Positions 10,282-19,479 of a stretch of 64,000 nt of DNA are shown piece after piece; position 1 is the stretch's first letter, and each line of letters begins with the position of its first letter. Both the position numbers and the translations under genes were made by a program. The notes under the pieces were generated by a model. The model was not told where the DNA came from and ran no database searches. It was given only the letters and a program-made list of their open reading frames with translations. Source of the DNA: Deltaproteobacteria bacterium (GTDB lineage Bacteria; JAGRBM01; JAHCIT01); contig JAHCIT010000009.1 in the NCBI GenBank assembly GCA_026129095.1, positions 62,001-126,000 on the forward strand, read 5' to 3'.

Positions 10282-10968
10282 ATGGAAGCCAGTTCCAGCC
10301 AGCCGGAAAAATGCCTGGGCCCGACCGCATTCATCGACTCGGCGAGCCCCGAAGTCCGGGCCTATGTGGAAGGAAAGATTTCCGGGCTGACGAACCCCGC
10401 CGAGAAGGCAAAAGCCCTGTTCTATGGCGTCCGTGACGATATCCACTACGACCCGTACTGTTTTGACGGAACGCTGAACTCATTCATCGCCAGCAAGGTA
10501 ATCGGGCGCAGCCGCGGATTTTGCGTTCCCAAAGCGGTTGTCCTCGCTGCCACACTGAGGGCGGCCGGCATCCCGGCCCGCCTCGGTTTCGCCGATGTTC
10601 GCAACCACCTGACCACCGACAAGCTTCGCTCCCGGATGGGTGGCATCGATGTCTTCGTCTTCCACGGCTATACGGAGGCCTGGCTGGACGGCCGGTGGAT
10701 CAAGGTAACGCCGACCTTCAACCTGTCGCTGTGCGAGAAGTTCGGCGTGAAACCCCTCGATTGGGACGGCAGAACCGATGCCATCTTCCATCCGTTCGAT
10801 TCCACCGGACGCAAGCACATGGAATATGTCCGCGACCGTGGCCAGTTCGACGATCTTCCGCTCGCCGAGATCCTGACCGCCTGGAAAGAGATTTACGGAA
10901 ACTCGCTGGTGGAAAACGGCCTGCCCGGCGGGGATTTCGCCGCCGAGGCCCGTCCGATCAGCAGCTAG
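10282..10968 (+). CDS. Transglutaminase-like cysteine protease family protein
   Basis: GFCVPKA (Cys), PARLGFADV, FHGY (His), WLDGRW; AGGAG RBS before MEASS. Confidence 0.85.
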   Translation: MEASSSQPEKCLGPTAFIDSASPEVRAYVEGKISGLTNPAEKAKALFYGVRDDIHYDPYCFDGTLNSFIASKVIGRSRGFCVPKAVVLAATLRAAGIPARLGFADVRNHLTTDKLRSRMGGIDVFVFHGYTEAWLDGRWIKVTPTFNLSLCEKFGVKPLDWDGRTDAIFHPFDSTGRKHMEYVRDRGQFDDLPLAEILTAWKEIYGNSLVENGLPGGDFAAEARPISS

Positions 10969-10986
10969 CCCGGCGGCCTGCCGGTC

Positions 10987-12393
10987 TTACCAGCTGTATT
11001 TCAGCGCCATCCGAACGCGGTCATCCCGGTCAAACACGCTGAAGAACGACTGGGGATTGGTCCTGTCGCCACCGACAATATCCCCGCCACCGATTATTTC
11101 GAAACCATCCACGGGACTCCAGTTGAACTCCGGCTGGACCAGGTAGTCGCCGTTCTGGGCATTGACGAAGAACGGCGTTTGGACCTTGAGGTATTCGGTG
11201 AACTTCCATGTGGCCGTACCGACAAAGGCATACCGGTAGAAGTGGATCAGGTTTATCCCCTCCTTCTGGTTGATCGTCGCACCCTTGCGGGGAAGCTCCT
11301 CGTCAATGGCGACCTGGGCGATAAGCGTGAGGTCCGAGTCGCCGATGATGTTGGTGAACTCGTAGTCGAAGCCGGTGGTCACCTTGAGATATGGATCGTC
11401 CACCCGCGGATCGGTCCCCTTGCGGTCTTCGGTAAAAAAGTAGGCCGCCTCGGTCCGGATCCCCAGCTTCCCGAACAGCTTGACGAAGTCGAAACCGATC
11501 ATGTGGACACGGTGATAAAACAGCGCCATCTGGATATCGGGGTCGCCAAAATAGGTGTTCGGTGGCGGTCCCGGCGGCGGGTTGGCGGGCGCAGGCGGAG
11601 TCATCTGGAACGATGTCGGAACCCGGTTAAAGAACGAGGCGTAGCTCGCGCTGACGTCCCATCCATCAAAGGAACCGCTGATCCGGATACCTCCCTCCGA
11701 TCTCCTGAGCGAATTGGGGAGGTTCGCACCATCGCTCACGCGGAACCCATCCAGCGAGTCCACCAGTTCCTGTGGTGCTCCGTTGTTCAGCATTTCCTGG
11801 CCGAGTTGCCGGTAGACATTTTCCGCATGGAAAAAGCGGTTGTGGCGTTCTCCGAACGGAAAGATGTCGGGGACAAAATAAGGCACGAAGACGCCCTGCA
11901 CCGTCAGTGGACCGAGGCCGGTAAAGTCGGCCCGGAGCCCCAAAACGCCTTCCTCCGTATCGAGGAAAAAGTCCGAGTAGTCACGCCGGCGCCACACGTC
12001 GGTCGGCCTTACCGTATCGGCCTGCCCCCAGGTGACGATCTGTTTTCCAAACCGAAGGTCGAAATCGCCCTTTGTCACCTGCCCGTAGCCCTCATTGAAA
12101 TAGACCCGGTGACGGTAGGAATCACGCCGCGTGACATCAGTATAGGCCTCGGGCGTCAAGCGGATACGGAACTCATCGGTCAGGTCAAAAGTCAGTTCCA
12201 TCTGCGCACGGAGCTCGTTGTTGGTATTGTCGAACAGTGGCTGGTGATCCAGCAGGAAACTCTTGTGCTGGTACTGGAGAAATCCCCGGAACGTCACCTT
12301 GTCCCACTCCACGGCGCTGGCCACACCGGGCAGCCCGGCAATCATTACCAGTCCAGCACAGGCCATCCACATCCGGTTGGTCATCGCTTCCAT
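10987..12393 (-). CDS. Outer-membrane beta-barrel protein (DUF1302-like)
   Basis: Signal peptide, DLRFGKQIVTWGQAD motif, C-terminal LKYSW; last gene of the TetR/LolA-like/MMPL operon. Confidence 0.75.
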   Translation of the reverse strand: MEAMTNRMWMACAGLVMIAGLPGVASAVEWDKVTFRGFLQYQHKSFLLDHQPLFDNTNNELRAQMELTFDLTDEFRIRLTPEAYTDVTRRDSYRHRVYFNEGYGQVTKGDFDLRFGKQIVTWGQADTVRPTDVWRRRDYSDFFLDTEEGVLGLRADFTGLGPLTVQGVFVPYFVPDIFPFGERHNRFFHAENVYRQLGQEMLNNGAPQELVDSLDGFRVSDGANLPNSLRRSEGGIRISGSFDGWDVSASYASFFNRVPTSFQMTPPAPANPPPGPPPNTYFGDPDIQMALFYHRVHMIGFDFVKLFGKLGIRTEAAYFFTEDRKGTDPRVDDPYLKVTTGFDYEFTNIIGDSDLTLIAQVAIDEELPRKGATINQKEGINLIHFYRYAFVGTATWKFTEYLKVQTPFFVNAQNGDYLVQPEFNWSPVDGFEIIGGGDIVGGDRTNPQSFFSVFDRDDRVRMALKYSW

Positions 12394-12414
12394 CCCCCTG
12401 CGAGCCTGTGAGAC

Positions 12415-15081
12415 TTATGCGGCCTTTGACGGAGGCTCGCCAGCCGGTTCCGCGCCCGTAACGGAACTGGCATCCGATGGCTTGCCGTACGGCCGGAGAA
12501 TCTGGAACAGGACCGGCAGGAACAGCATTGTCGCACCAATGGCCAGGAACATGTTCATGGCTGAAAGCATGCCAAAGTTGCGTGTCGGGTAAAAACTGCC
12601 GAACATCATCACGCCAAAGCCGAACACCAGAATGAAACCAGCAGCGAACAGTGCGCGGCCCACATGCTGTGCTGTGTAATGGATGGCATTCCGGTAGTCG
12701 TTGCCGCTTTCTCCAATCGCCGTCTCGAAACGGGCGAGATAGTGAATGGCGTTGTCGACCGCCAGACCCAGCACCATGCCGGCTATCAGGATCGTTGCGG
12801 GGTCCAGCTTCCAGCCGACGAAGCCCATCATCCCGCCTGTCACGGCGAGGGGGAACACCGTCGGGACCATACCCATCAGCGAACGCTTGAGTGACCGGGT
12901 CATGAAGATCAGACACAAGAGCACAAGCGCGAACGACTGTGAAAATGACTTCAGCAGTGTCTCCAGAAAATTGCGGTCCAGAATGCTGTACAGCGGGATC
13001 AGGCCGGTGATCTTGTAAACCGGAGCATCGCCGCTTTTCCGGACCGAAGAAACGAACGCGAACGGGTCGCCCGACCTGAAGCCGGGCTGTAGCTGGGTAA
13101 AGTCGACCCGCCTGATGTCAGGAAGCAGCTGGGAAATATCCGCCGTGATTTCCTTCACCATGAGCTTAAACTCGGACGATTGCGTCTGGCTGGAACGGAT
13201 TGTTACCCGGATCCGCGAATAGTCGTAGTTCACGAATGACTTGATATCCTTGTCACCTGACAGCTCGGCAAGCAGCAGATATTGCGCGATCAGTTCCTCC
13301 GAATCCGGAACCTTGAAATAGGACTCATCACCGCCGTGCATCGCCCGATGGATCTGCTTCAGGTACACCGTATGGCTGAACACCGTCGAGACATGCGGCC
13401 GTGCCTTCACCGTTTCCACCAGCGAATCGACTCGTTTCAGCACGTCCGGGTTTTTCGCGAAATTCTCATCCCCTTCGAAAATGACCTCAATATTGGAAAG
13501 GCCTGTCAGCTCGTCCTGGACGGCCGTCATGGCGTACTGGACGTAGTGGGTGTCCGGGATGAAATCGAGATTGTTCGATTCAATCTTGATCTTCGAGGCA
13601 CCCCACACCGATACGCCCGTCACTGCCACCAGGACAACGATGATGGCAGCCCGGAACCTGATGGTGGCGTTGGCCATTCCTTCCAGGAACCTGGACAGCA
13701 TCCCGGAACGGAGGGTTTCCAGTTGTTCCGGCTTGGGTTCACGAAGGAACAGCCGGACCGGCCCTCCCAGAATCCGGGCTAGCAGGCTCGTTTCATGACT
13801 CCGGGTCCATTGCTCAATCCGGTCCAGTGCCGAGATGATCGCCGGTACCAGGCTGAACGTGAGGATGTAGGCCACCAGCGCACCGAATGCCGCACAAAGT
13901 CCAAACCACCGCATCGGCGGCACATAGGCGAAAGAAAAGGTAACGAAGCCGAAGAATGTCGTAATGGAGGTAAACAGACACGGCCAGTTCACCTGCCGGG
14001 CGGCCTCCAGAATGGCATCCATCCGCGACACGCCCGGACGCCGCTGGAGGAAATAGGCAGACAGGATGTGCACTGAATCACCCACACAGGCGACAATCAG
14101 CACGGGTGCCGTCATGCCCACCAGCATGTTCATCTTCTGTCCGGCGATCACGTACAGGCCCCACACGATGCTGACCACAGCCATCATGAGGCCCATCGGT
14201 ATGAAGGCCATCGGGATACTGCGGAACATGAGGAGCAGCACGACGATGATCACCGCCAGCGTGAGCGGAGTCATCTCCTGCTGGTCGGCGACCGAAAGCG
14301 CGTCGAATTCGTAGTCGAATATCGGAATACCCGCGAGATAGAACTGGATAGGAGCGTTCTTGAACTCGTCCTCGCGAAAATCAATCAGCGCATTGGTGTT
14401 CTCGGAGAACACCACGCCCATATCCTTGAATTGCTCCTCCAGACGCCTGAGCGCCGCCTTTGAATCCTCCGTGAGCTTCCGCTTGATGCCCATGTCGTCG
14501 GTGGCGACAATCCGGCCGAAAACCGCTGCGAAATTGCCATCGGGAGAGATCAGGTTCCCGACCATGTTTTCGTCTGCCATGGCCCGTTCGCGGGCAAAGG
14601 CTATTTCCTCCGGAGTGAACTCCGCATCCTCGGGAAACAGGGGCTCTATCCGGAGCTCAAACTGCTCCTGGCCATCCTCGTCGAGAATTTTCTCGCCCCT
14701 GACGTTATTCATCGAGAGGATCGACTTCACATCCTCGATGTTCTGGATTTTCTCCAGTTCAGCCTCGACCGCCCTGATAATTTCCAGCGTCTCCCTGTTG
14801 AAGATGCCGTTGCGTGCCTTGATTGCGACAACAACGTTTTCATCGGATTCGAACTCGTCCTTGAAAACGTCGTAGTAGGCGTAGCTAAGGTCATGTCTGG
14901 GGAACCAGATACGGGAGGAGTTGTCCTGGTCCTCAATGTGCTTCCCCACCTGGTAACCGAGTGGCACCATGATGAACAGGATTCCCAGCAGCACCCAGAA
15001 GGGGTTGCGCACACTGAAACGCGACAGGGCGTTGATTGAGGACTCAACCAGATTTCTCACAGGTGTTGCTCCCGGCGGCAT
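12415..15081 (-). CDS. MMPL/RND-family transporter
   Basis: Two repeats of one TM, a periplasmic domain and five TMs; VGDSVHI and GLAVDNAIHY motifs. Confidence 0.92.
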   Translation of the reverse strand: MPPGATPVRNLVESSINALSRFSVRNPFWVLLGILFIMVPLGYQVGKHIEDQDNSSRIWFPRHDLSYAYYDVFKDEFESDENVVVAIKARNGIFNRETLEIIRAVEAELEKIQNIEDVKSILSMNNVRGEKILDEDGQEQFELRIEPLFPEDAEFTPEEIAFARERAMADENMVGNLISPDGNFAAVFGRIVATDDMGIKRKLTEDSKAALRRLEEQFKDMGVVFSENTNALIDFREDEFKNAPIQFYLAGIPIFDYEFDALSVADQQEMTPLTLAVIIVVLLLMFRSIPMAFIPMGLMMAVVSIVWGLYVIAGQKMNMLVGMTAPVLIVACVGDSVHILSAYFLQRRPGVSRMDAILEAARQVNWPCLFTSITTFFGFVTFSFAYVPPMRWFGLCAAFGALVAYILTFSLVPAIISALDRIEQWTRSHETSLLARILGGPVRLFLREPKPEQLETLRSGMLSRFLEGMANATIRFRAAIIVVLVAVTGVSVWGASKIKIESNNLDFIPDTHYVQYAMTAVQDELTGLSNIEVIFEGDENFAKNPDVLKRVDSLVETVKARPHVSTVFSHTVYLKQIHRAMHGGDESYFKVPDSEELIAQYLLLAELSGDKDIKSFVNYDYSRIRVTIRSSQTQSSEFKLMVKEITADISQLLPDIRRVDFTQLQPGFRSGDPFAFVSSVRKSGDAPVYKITGLIPLYSILDRNFLETLLKSFSQSFALVLLCLIFMTRSLKRSLMGMVPTVFPLAVTGGMMGFVGWKLDPATILIAGMVLGLAVDNAIHYLARFETAIGESGNDYRNAIHYTAQHVGRALFAAGFILVFGFGVMMFGSFYPTRNFGMLSAMNMFLAIGATMLFLPVLFQILRPYGKPSDASSVTGAEPAGEPPSKAA

Positions 15082-15117
15082 CTCGCCACGGATTTTCAGT
15101 CAGGCAGCAGTGGACGG

Positions 15118-15924
15118 CTAGTTCTTCTCAAGTTCGCGACGGGTAAAGCGCGAGACTTCCAGCCCCGTATTGATCTTCGTATCCGAATACTCGATGGTCG
15201 TCGTGTGACCGGACTTGAGTGTGCGCATCTCGATCCGCTCGGCCCGCCACAACTTTCCATAAGGCTTGATGTTCAGGGCCTTGAACTCCTTGATATGCTC
15301 GTCCTTCTTGTTGAAGTAGTCGCTCGCCAGAACGATGTAGCGCTCGGGATCGACCTTTCCGACGATCTTTCCATACGCCGTTTCCTTGATCTTTTTGGGG
15401 CTCTTGGGGACTGACTCCACGATCCAGACCTTTCGGCCCTCGTAGGCTTCCTCACCAATCTTCTTGTGGTCCCAGTCCTTTTCGTCGAAGGCTTCCATGT
15501 CCTCGAACGAAAAATCAGTCCCCATGAACGAGTCGCTCTTGTCGGATGACGATATCCGTCGGGTCCGCTTCAGCGCCGGCAGATAGAGGAACTGGTCGTC
15601 ATCCCGGTCGCTGAACTCCTCGGTGAGAAGCCCTGTGCCCGCAACGTCACCGGGGGCGATGAACCGGACCAGCGAGTAGTCGTTATCGTCGTCCTTGCGC
15701 TTGGTCCAGATGATGATGCGGCGCTCGCGGGTCGTGCCGTTCTTGTTGATGAGCGTCATCTTCGCTTCACGGGTCTCGTCGTCAGACCGGTTCAGCTTGT
15801 CCGCCCGCCGCATCAGTTCATTCGCATCCGCAGGCGGAGGAAGAACTGCTTCATCCGCCCGTGCGGCGCCAGCACATGCAAAAACAACCCCGAACATCAC
15901 CGCTGCCAGCATCCGGTTTCTCAT
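15118..15924 (-). CDS. Outer-membrane lipoprotein-sorting (LolA-like) periplasmic protein
   Basis: Signal peptide; DDQFLYLPALKRTRRISS and SFMGTDFSFEDM motifs; ATG overlaps the TetR stop (TGATG). Confidence 0.88.
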   Translation of the reverse strand: MRNRMLAAVMFGVVFACAGAARADEAVLPPPADANELMRRADKLNRSDDETREAKMTLINKNGTTRERRIIIWTKRKDDDNDYSLVRFIAPGDVAGTGLLTEEFSDRDDDQFLYLPALKRTRRISSSDKSDSFMGTDFSFEDMEAFDEKDWDHKKIGEEAYEGRKVWIVESVPKSPKKIKETAYGKIVGKVDPERYIVLASDYFNKKDEHIKEFKALNIKPYGKLWRAERIEMRTLKSGHTTTIEYSDTKINTGLEVSRFTRRELEKN

Positions 15925-16622
15925 CAATGTCTCTCTTCCTCTCCGGACCCTGTACCGGAGCCTGTGTGCTTTTCTCCGGCGGAGAATTCCGCCGTGACTA
16001 TTCCTGTCCGGGCAATCCCGTACCGCCGCCGGATCATTTCCCCGACGGGCAAATCCTCGCCCGTCAGCATCCGCTCCATGAATACCGAGTTGTAGGATGC
16101 CTCGACCATCGCGGTAATGTCGGATGTGTCCAGTTCCGGACGAATCTCGCCGGTAGCCTTGCCCTCTTCGATCGTCTGGCAGAGCCGTTCGATGACGGCC
16201 AGAAACTTTTGCCGGTCGAGACGGAGCCGTTCGGGCCCCTGCGTGTAGTCCTGGATACTGAGCAGATCGAGGAACTGCCGGCGCTGCTCGGCCTCGCGCC
16301 CCATGAGCCGTGCCATCGTGTCGAGCCGGGCGACCGGTGGCAGATGGGCCACCGTCTCCCAGTAGCCGAGAACCACTTCCAGGTATTCCTCGGTATAGGC
16401 GGAGAGAAAATCGGCCTTGCTCGGGAAGTAGTTGAAAACGGTCGCCCGGGAGACCCCGGCCTCCTGGGCGATGTCGTCGGCCGAGACCTTGTCGTAGCCC
16501 CGCTCGCCGAACAGCCGGATAGCCGTGTCGTAAATCCGGCCCCGGTTTTCCAGTTTCTTCTGGTCCCGGCGGCCCCGGATCGGCTCGGTGGCCAGAGACG
16601 ATATTTTTAGACTTGGGTCCAT
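15924..16622 (-). CDS. TetR/AcrR-family transcriptional regulator
   Basis: HTH: AIRLFGERGYDKVSADDIAQEAGVSRATVFNYFPSK. Confidence 0.93.
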   Translation of the reverse strand: MDPSLKISSLATEPIRGRRDQKKLENRGRIYDTAIRLFGERGYDKVSADDIAQEAGVSRATVFNYFPSKADFLSAYTEEYLEVVLGYWETVAHLPPVARLDTMARLMGREAEQRRQFLDLLSIQDYTQGPERLRLDRQKFLAVIERLCQTIEEGKATGEIRPELDTSDITAMVEASYNSVFMERMLTGEDLPVGEMIRRRYGIARTGIVTAEFSAGEKHTGSGTGSGEEERH

Positions 16623-16660
16623 CTCTGAACGCTTCTATCGAATAGTTAGACTTGAGTCAA
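16608..16660 (-). promoter_or_regulatory. tetR promoter with two putative TetR operators
   Basis: TAGAC-TTGG-GTCCA (16608-16621) and TAGAC-TTGA-GTCAA (16647-16660); the minus strand reads TTGACT-N17-TAGAAG. Confidence 0.6.
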
Positions 16661-16733
16661 GGATTATAGTGCCCCAAAAGCACTGTTTTTCTTAATTTTC
16701 GGGATTGTGGCGTTGGATGTCTGCGTTTCGGAC

Positions 16734-16773
16734 CCGTGGTGAGGCGTGGCCAGCCGTGGTGAAGCGTGGTCAG
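16734..16773. repeat. Tandem 20-bp repeat with a 10-bp-phased CGTGG core (x4)
   Basis: CCGTGGTGAGGCGTGGCCAG / CCGTGGTGAAGCGTGGTCAG. Confidence 0.8.
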
Positions 16774-16973
16774 CATGGAAATGACCACTTACGTCGTCCT
16801 TGGATTCCAAAGCTTTTCCTCCCCTAGGGTTTCATCTCCAGAAACCCTGTTTCGCCCATCCAACCCAACGTACCCCAAACCGGAACAGCCCCCTGCTCCA
16901 GGGCGGGTAAATGCTCAGGGTTGGAACACTGCGTTATCAATATAACTATTTGTATTCATTTGATTTTTAAGTT

Positions 16974-16988
16974 TGGCACATCATTTGT
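16974..16988 (+). promoter_or_regulatory. Putative sigma54 (-24/-12) promoter
   Basis: TGGCAC-ATCAT-TTGT (consensus TGGCAC-N5-TTGC; one mismatch at -12) inside an AT-rich patch, 85 bp before the 17073 ATG. Confidence 0.5.
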
Positions 16989-17072
16989 AATACATAAATT
17001 GCCAACCGGCTCCGCCCCCTCCCCCGCAAGGAGCACACGAAACAGGGGCAAGAGACACGGAGGAAACTGACC

Positions 17073-17642
17073 ATGAAGACCCGCAAGACCACCCTGACTG
17101 CCTTTTCCGCCCTCGCCGCCCTGTTCCTGACAGCCGGCTGCGCCGAATCGGTGATCGTTGCCAGCACGCTCGTGGCCCCGACTGCCGCCACCGGCGCGTC
17201 GGCCCTGATGGCCATGAAGACCGGCGAAACGATGCGCACCACCAAGTGGTACGACGGCATCGAGCGGTTCGACAACCAGGATGCCGAGGCGATCCGTTAT
17301 GCCCGCCTGCAGGACGCGGCCCGCGAGATCGAGTCCCGCATGGGCGTCAAGGTGAGCCCCGAGGAAGTGGATGTTCTGGCTACCCTCTACAGGGCCCGGA
17401 ACGCCGACCTGGAAACCTTCGCCAAGGACCGGCGGCTCACCCGCGCCCAGATCGACGAGGCACTGAAGATGCTCCGCAAGAAGGGCCTCATCACCGTCAT
17501 CGACCAGCCCGGCCGGCCCGGCGGATTCGTGGCCATGGCGACTCCGAAGGCCACCGCCCTGGGTGATCCGATGCAGCTGGGCCGCGATCCCGGCGAGAGC
17601 CCCCCGGTGTTCGTGATGAACGCCGCCGGCGAGGGCCGCTGA
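17073..17642 (+). CDS. Predicted lipoprotein with C-terminal winged-HTH-like (TrmB/MarR-like) domain
   Basis: GGAGG RBS; lipobox LTAGC; EEVDVLATLY...LTRAQIDEALKMLRKKGLITVIDQPGRP matches the wHTH pattern. Confidence 0.7.
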   Translation: MKTRKTTLTAFSALAALFLTAGCAESVIVASTLVAPTAATGASALMAMKTGETMRTTKWYDGIERFDNQDAEAIRYARLQDAAREIESRMGVKVSPEEVDVLATLYRARNADLETFAKDRRLTRAQIDEALKMLRKKGLITVIDQPGRPGGFVAMATPKATALGDPMQLGRDPGESPPVFVMNAAGEGR

Positions 17643-17684
17643 CCACCCCGACCGCCAAACCATCAAAGCAAGGACGTAGAAGCC

Positions 17685-17879
17685 ATGAACGAGAACGAAT
17701 ACTGCAAGCTCCTCGCCAGGATCCGCGAAATCAGAAACCGGGTAAAAGCCCACGGCGAAGGAAGGGCCAGCGGAACGGACGTCGCCCCGGTGATCCCCCT
17801 GGACCCCGCGCAACGGCGGCCGGATCCGGCAACGGCCCTGAACCTGCCCGTCATCGACCAGCGGATCGCCTACCTCTAG
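17685..17879 (+). CDS. Small hypothetical protein (64 aa)
   Basis: AAGGA RBS, host-like codon usage, followed by a terminator hairpin. Confidence 0.55.
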   Translation: MNENEYCKLLARIREIRNRVKAHGEGRASGTDVAPVIPLDPAQRRPDPATALNLPVIDQRIAYL

Positions 17880-17894
17880 CAGCGCCGGAAACAG

Positions 17895-17931
17895 AAACCG
17901 CCGCGGAACCTGAAGGGACCGCGGCGGTTTT
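17895..17931. terminator. Bidirectional Rho-independent terminator
   Basis: AAACCGCCGCGG ... CCGCGGCGGTTTT between convergent genes. Confidence 0.7.
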
Positions 17932-17964
17932 GCGTCTGGGAGCGGGATGCCGGGATACGAATCC

Positions 17965-18339
17965 CTACTTCCGTTTCTTCTTTCCCTTGGCCCGCTGACG
18001 GCGTTCGGCGTTGATGACAGCCGTGGCGATAATACCCGTAACGGCCGCGGCGGTGGAGACCGCACCCACAATGAGGCCCGTCAGGCGGAGAGCGCGGGAG
18101 CGTTTGGCCTGCTCGCGGTAGTAGTGAATGGTTCCGCCAGACCCCCGGATACCGGGGTCGGGAGGCGGCGGCTTCGGGCCTTTGGGCTTCGGAAGTTCGA
18201 TCGCCAGGTCAGCTGCAACCGTTTCGGTCAGCTTTTCCAGTTGGGTCGCAATATCCCCGGGCACGGCCTGAGCCTTCGCCTGCTTGCGGGATTTCCTGGC
18301 CGTGCGGGGTTTCGGAACAGGTTTCGGTTCAGCTTCCAC
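17965..18339 (-). CDS. Hypothetical protein with C-terminal TM helix and basic tail
   Basis: Pro/Lys-rich N-terminus, hydrophobic LTGLIVGAVSTAAAVTGIIATAVI, tail KGKKKRK; start uncertain (GTG 18339 chosen). Confidence 0.55.
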   Translation of the reverse strand: MEAEPKPVPKPRTARKSRKQAKAQAVPGDIATQLEKLTETVAADLAIELPKPKGPKPPPPDPGIRGSGGTIHYYREQAKRSRALRLTGLIVGAVSTAAAVTGIIATAVINAERRQRAKGKKKRK

Positions 18340-18350
18340 AAGGGCGAATC

Positions 18351-19331
18351 TTACCAGTATTTGTGGATTGCCGCAAAGACCGCGCCGAACAGGCCGCCGA
18401 AAATGGCCCCGTTCACGCGAATCCACTCCAGGTGGCTCTTGGTCTTGGTTTCAAACATCTCGCGAATGTCGTCGTCGGTAAAACGGATCAGGTTCTCCAG
18501 CACCATGTCGTGGATACGGCCCTCCATGCTGACGAGCAGGTAGTCCACGATCTGGATCTTGATCCGGTCGAACCGGGCCTTGAGTTCCTCATCAGTCCGC
18601 ACTTCGTCGGCCGAACGTCCCAGTTCTTCCTGGATGCGCTTGCGGACGTTCTCGTTCGTGGGGAGTCCCTTGACCTGTTCCAGTAGCGTCCTGGCGATGT
18701 CGGAGGCCATCACTTCCGTGTCGATAATGCCGACGGCATGGGCCACCTGCCCCACGCGGCCGACACGGTTTTTCACCTGTGACGAGAGAAAGTCGAGAAA
18801 CTCCTTCGAATCGATCCAGCTTGCCGCGCCCACGGCAATCTGCTTCAGGATCTCCTCAAGGGTCTCATCGTTGTCACGCAGATGCTCAAGCGCCTTTCCC
18901 AGCAGGTCACCCAGATCAATACCGGAGAGTTTCGACTTGATAACGTCCGCCGTGAGCCACTCTTCCTCGACGGCACGGGCAAGCCCCTCGACGATGCGGA
19001 TACGGTTTCGTGGAATGACACCCGATCCCGGCAGGAACCACATCCGGCGGAAGAGCATCTGGATGGCGATGAAATCGACGAAGGAGCCAATGAGCGCCGC
19101 CTCGCCGATTCGCTGCACCCACCAGGCGTAGGGCTCTCCGATTGCATAGGAGGATAGGTAGACGGCGAGGCTCGCCACCAGCGAGATCGTGCCCTTGTGG
19201 GCATCCAGCCAGCCGATGTCCGGTGCCGACGGGAGCGGCAGCACCCGGCGGGCCGTCGAGATCAGGCCAAACGGGTCGGGCAGCAGCGGTCTCCGCGGCG
19301 GCGGAGCGGTCGTCGTCTCCTCGGTCTCCAT
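18351..19331 (-). CDS. DUF445-family membrane protein
   Basis: ALIGSFVDFIAIQMLFR, GVIPRNR and C-terminal LEWIRVNGAIFGGLFG. Confidence 0.85.
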   Translation of the reverse strand: METEETTTAPPPRRPLLPDPFGLISTARRVLPLPSAPDIGWLDAHKGTISLVASLAVYLSSYAIGEPYAWWVQRIGEAALIGSFVDFIAIQMLFRRMWFLPGSGVIPRNRIRIVEGLARAVEEEWLTADVIKSKLSGIDLGDLLGKALEHLRDNDETLEEILKQIAVGAASWIDSKEFLDFLSSQVKNRVGRVGQVAHAVGIIDTEVMASDIARTLLEQVKGLPTNENVRKRIQEELGRSADEVRTDEELKARFDRIKIQIVDYLLVSMEGRIHDMVLENLIRFTDDDIREMFETKTKSHLEWIRVNGAIFGGLFGAVFAAIHKYW

Positions 19332-19479
19332 AAACAGGACAGTTCAGGCGTCCGGATAGTGTTATGGACCCTTCCCCGCTCTTAAAACAAGCAACGGCCC
19401 TCTTCAGTTCCCGTAAAAATCCGGTCAAAGTTGCCAGTGCCGCACGTATGAAGGACCGGTGCAGCTGCGTTCGCTGAAT

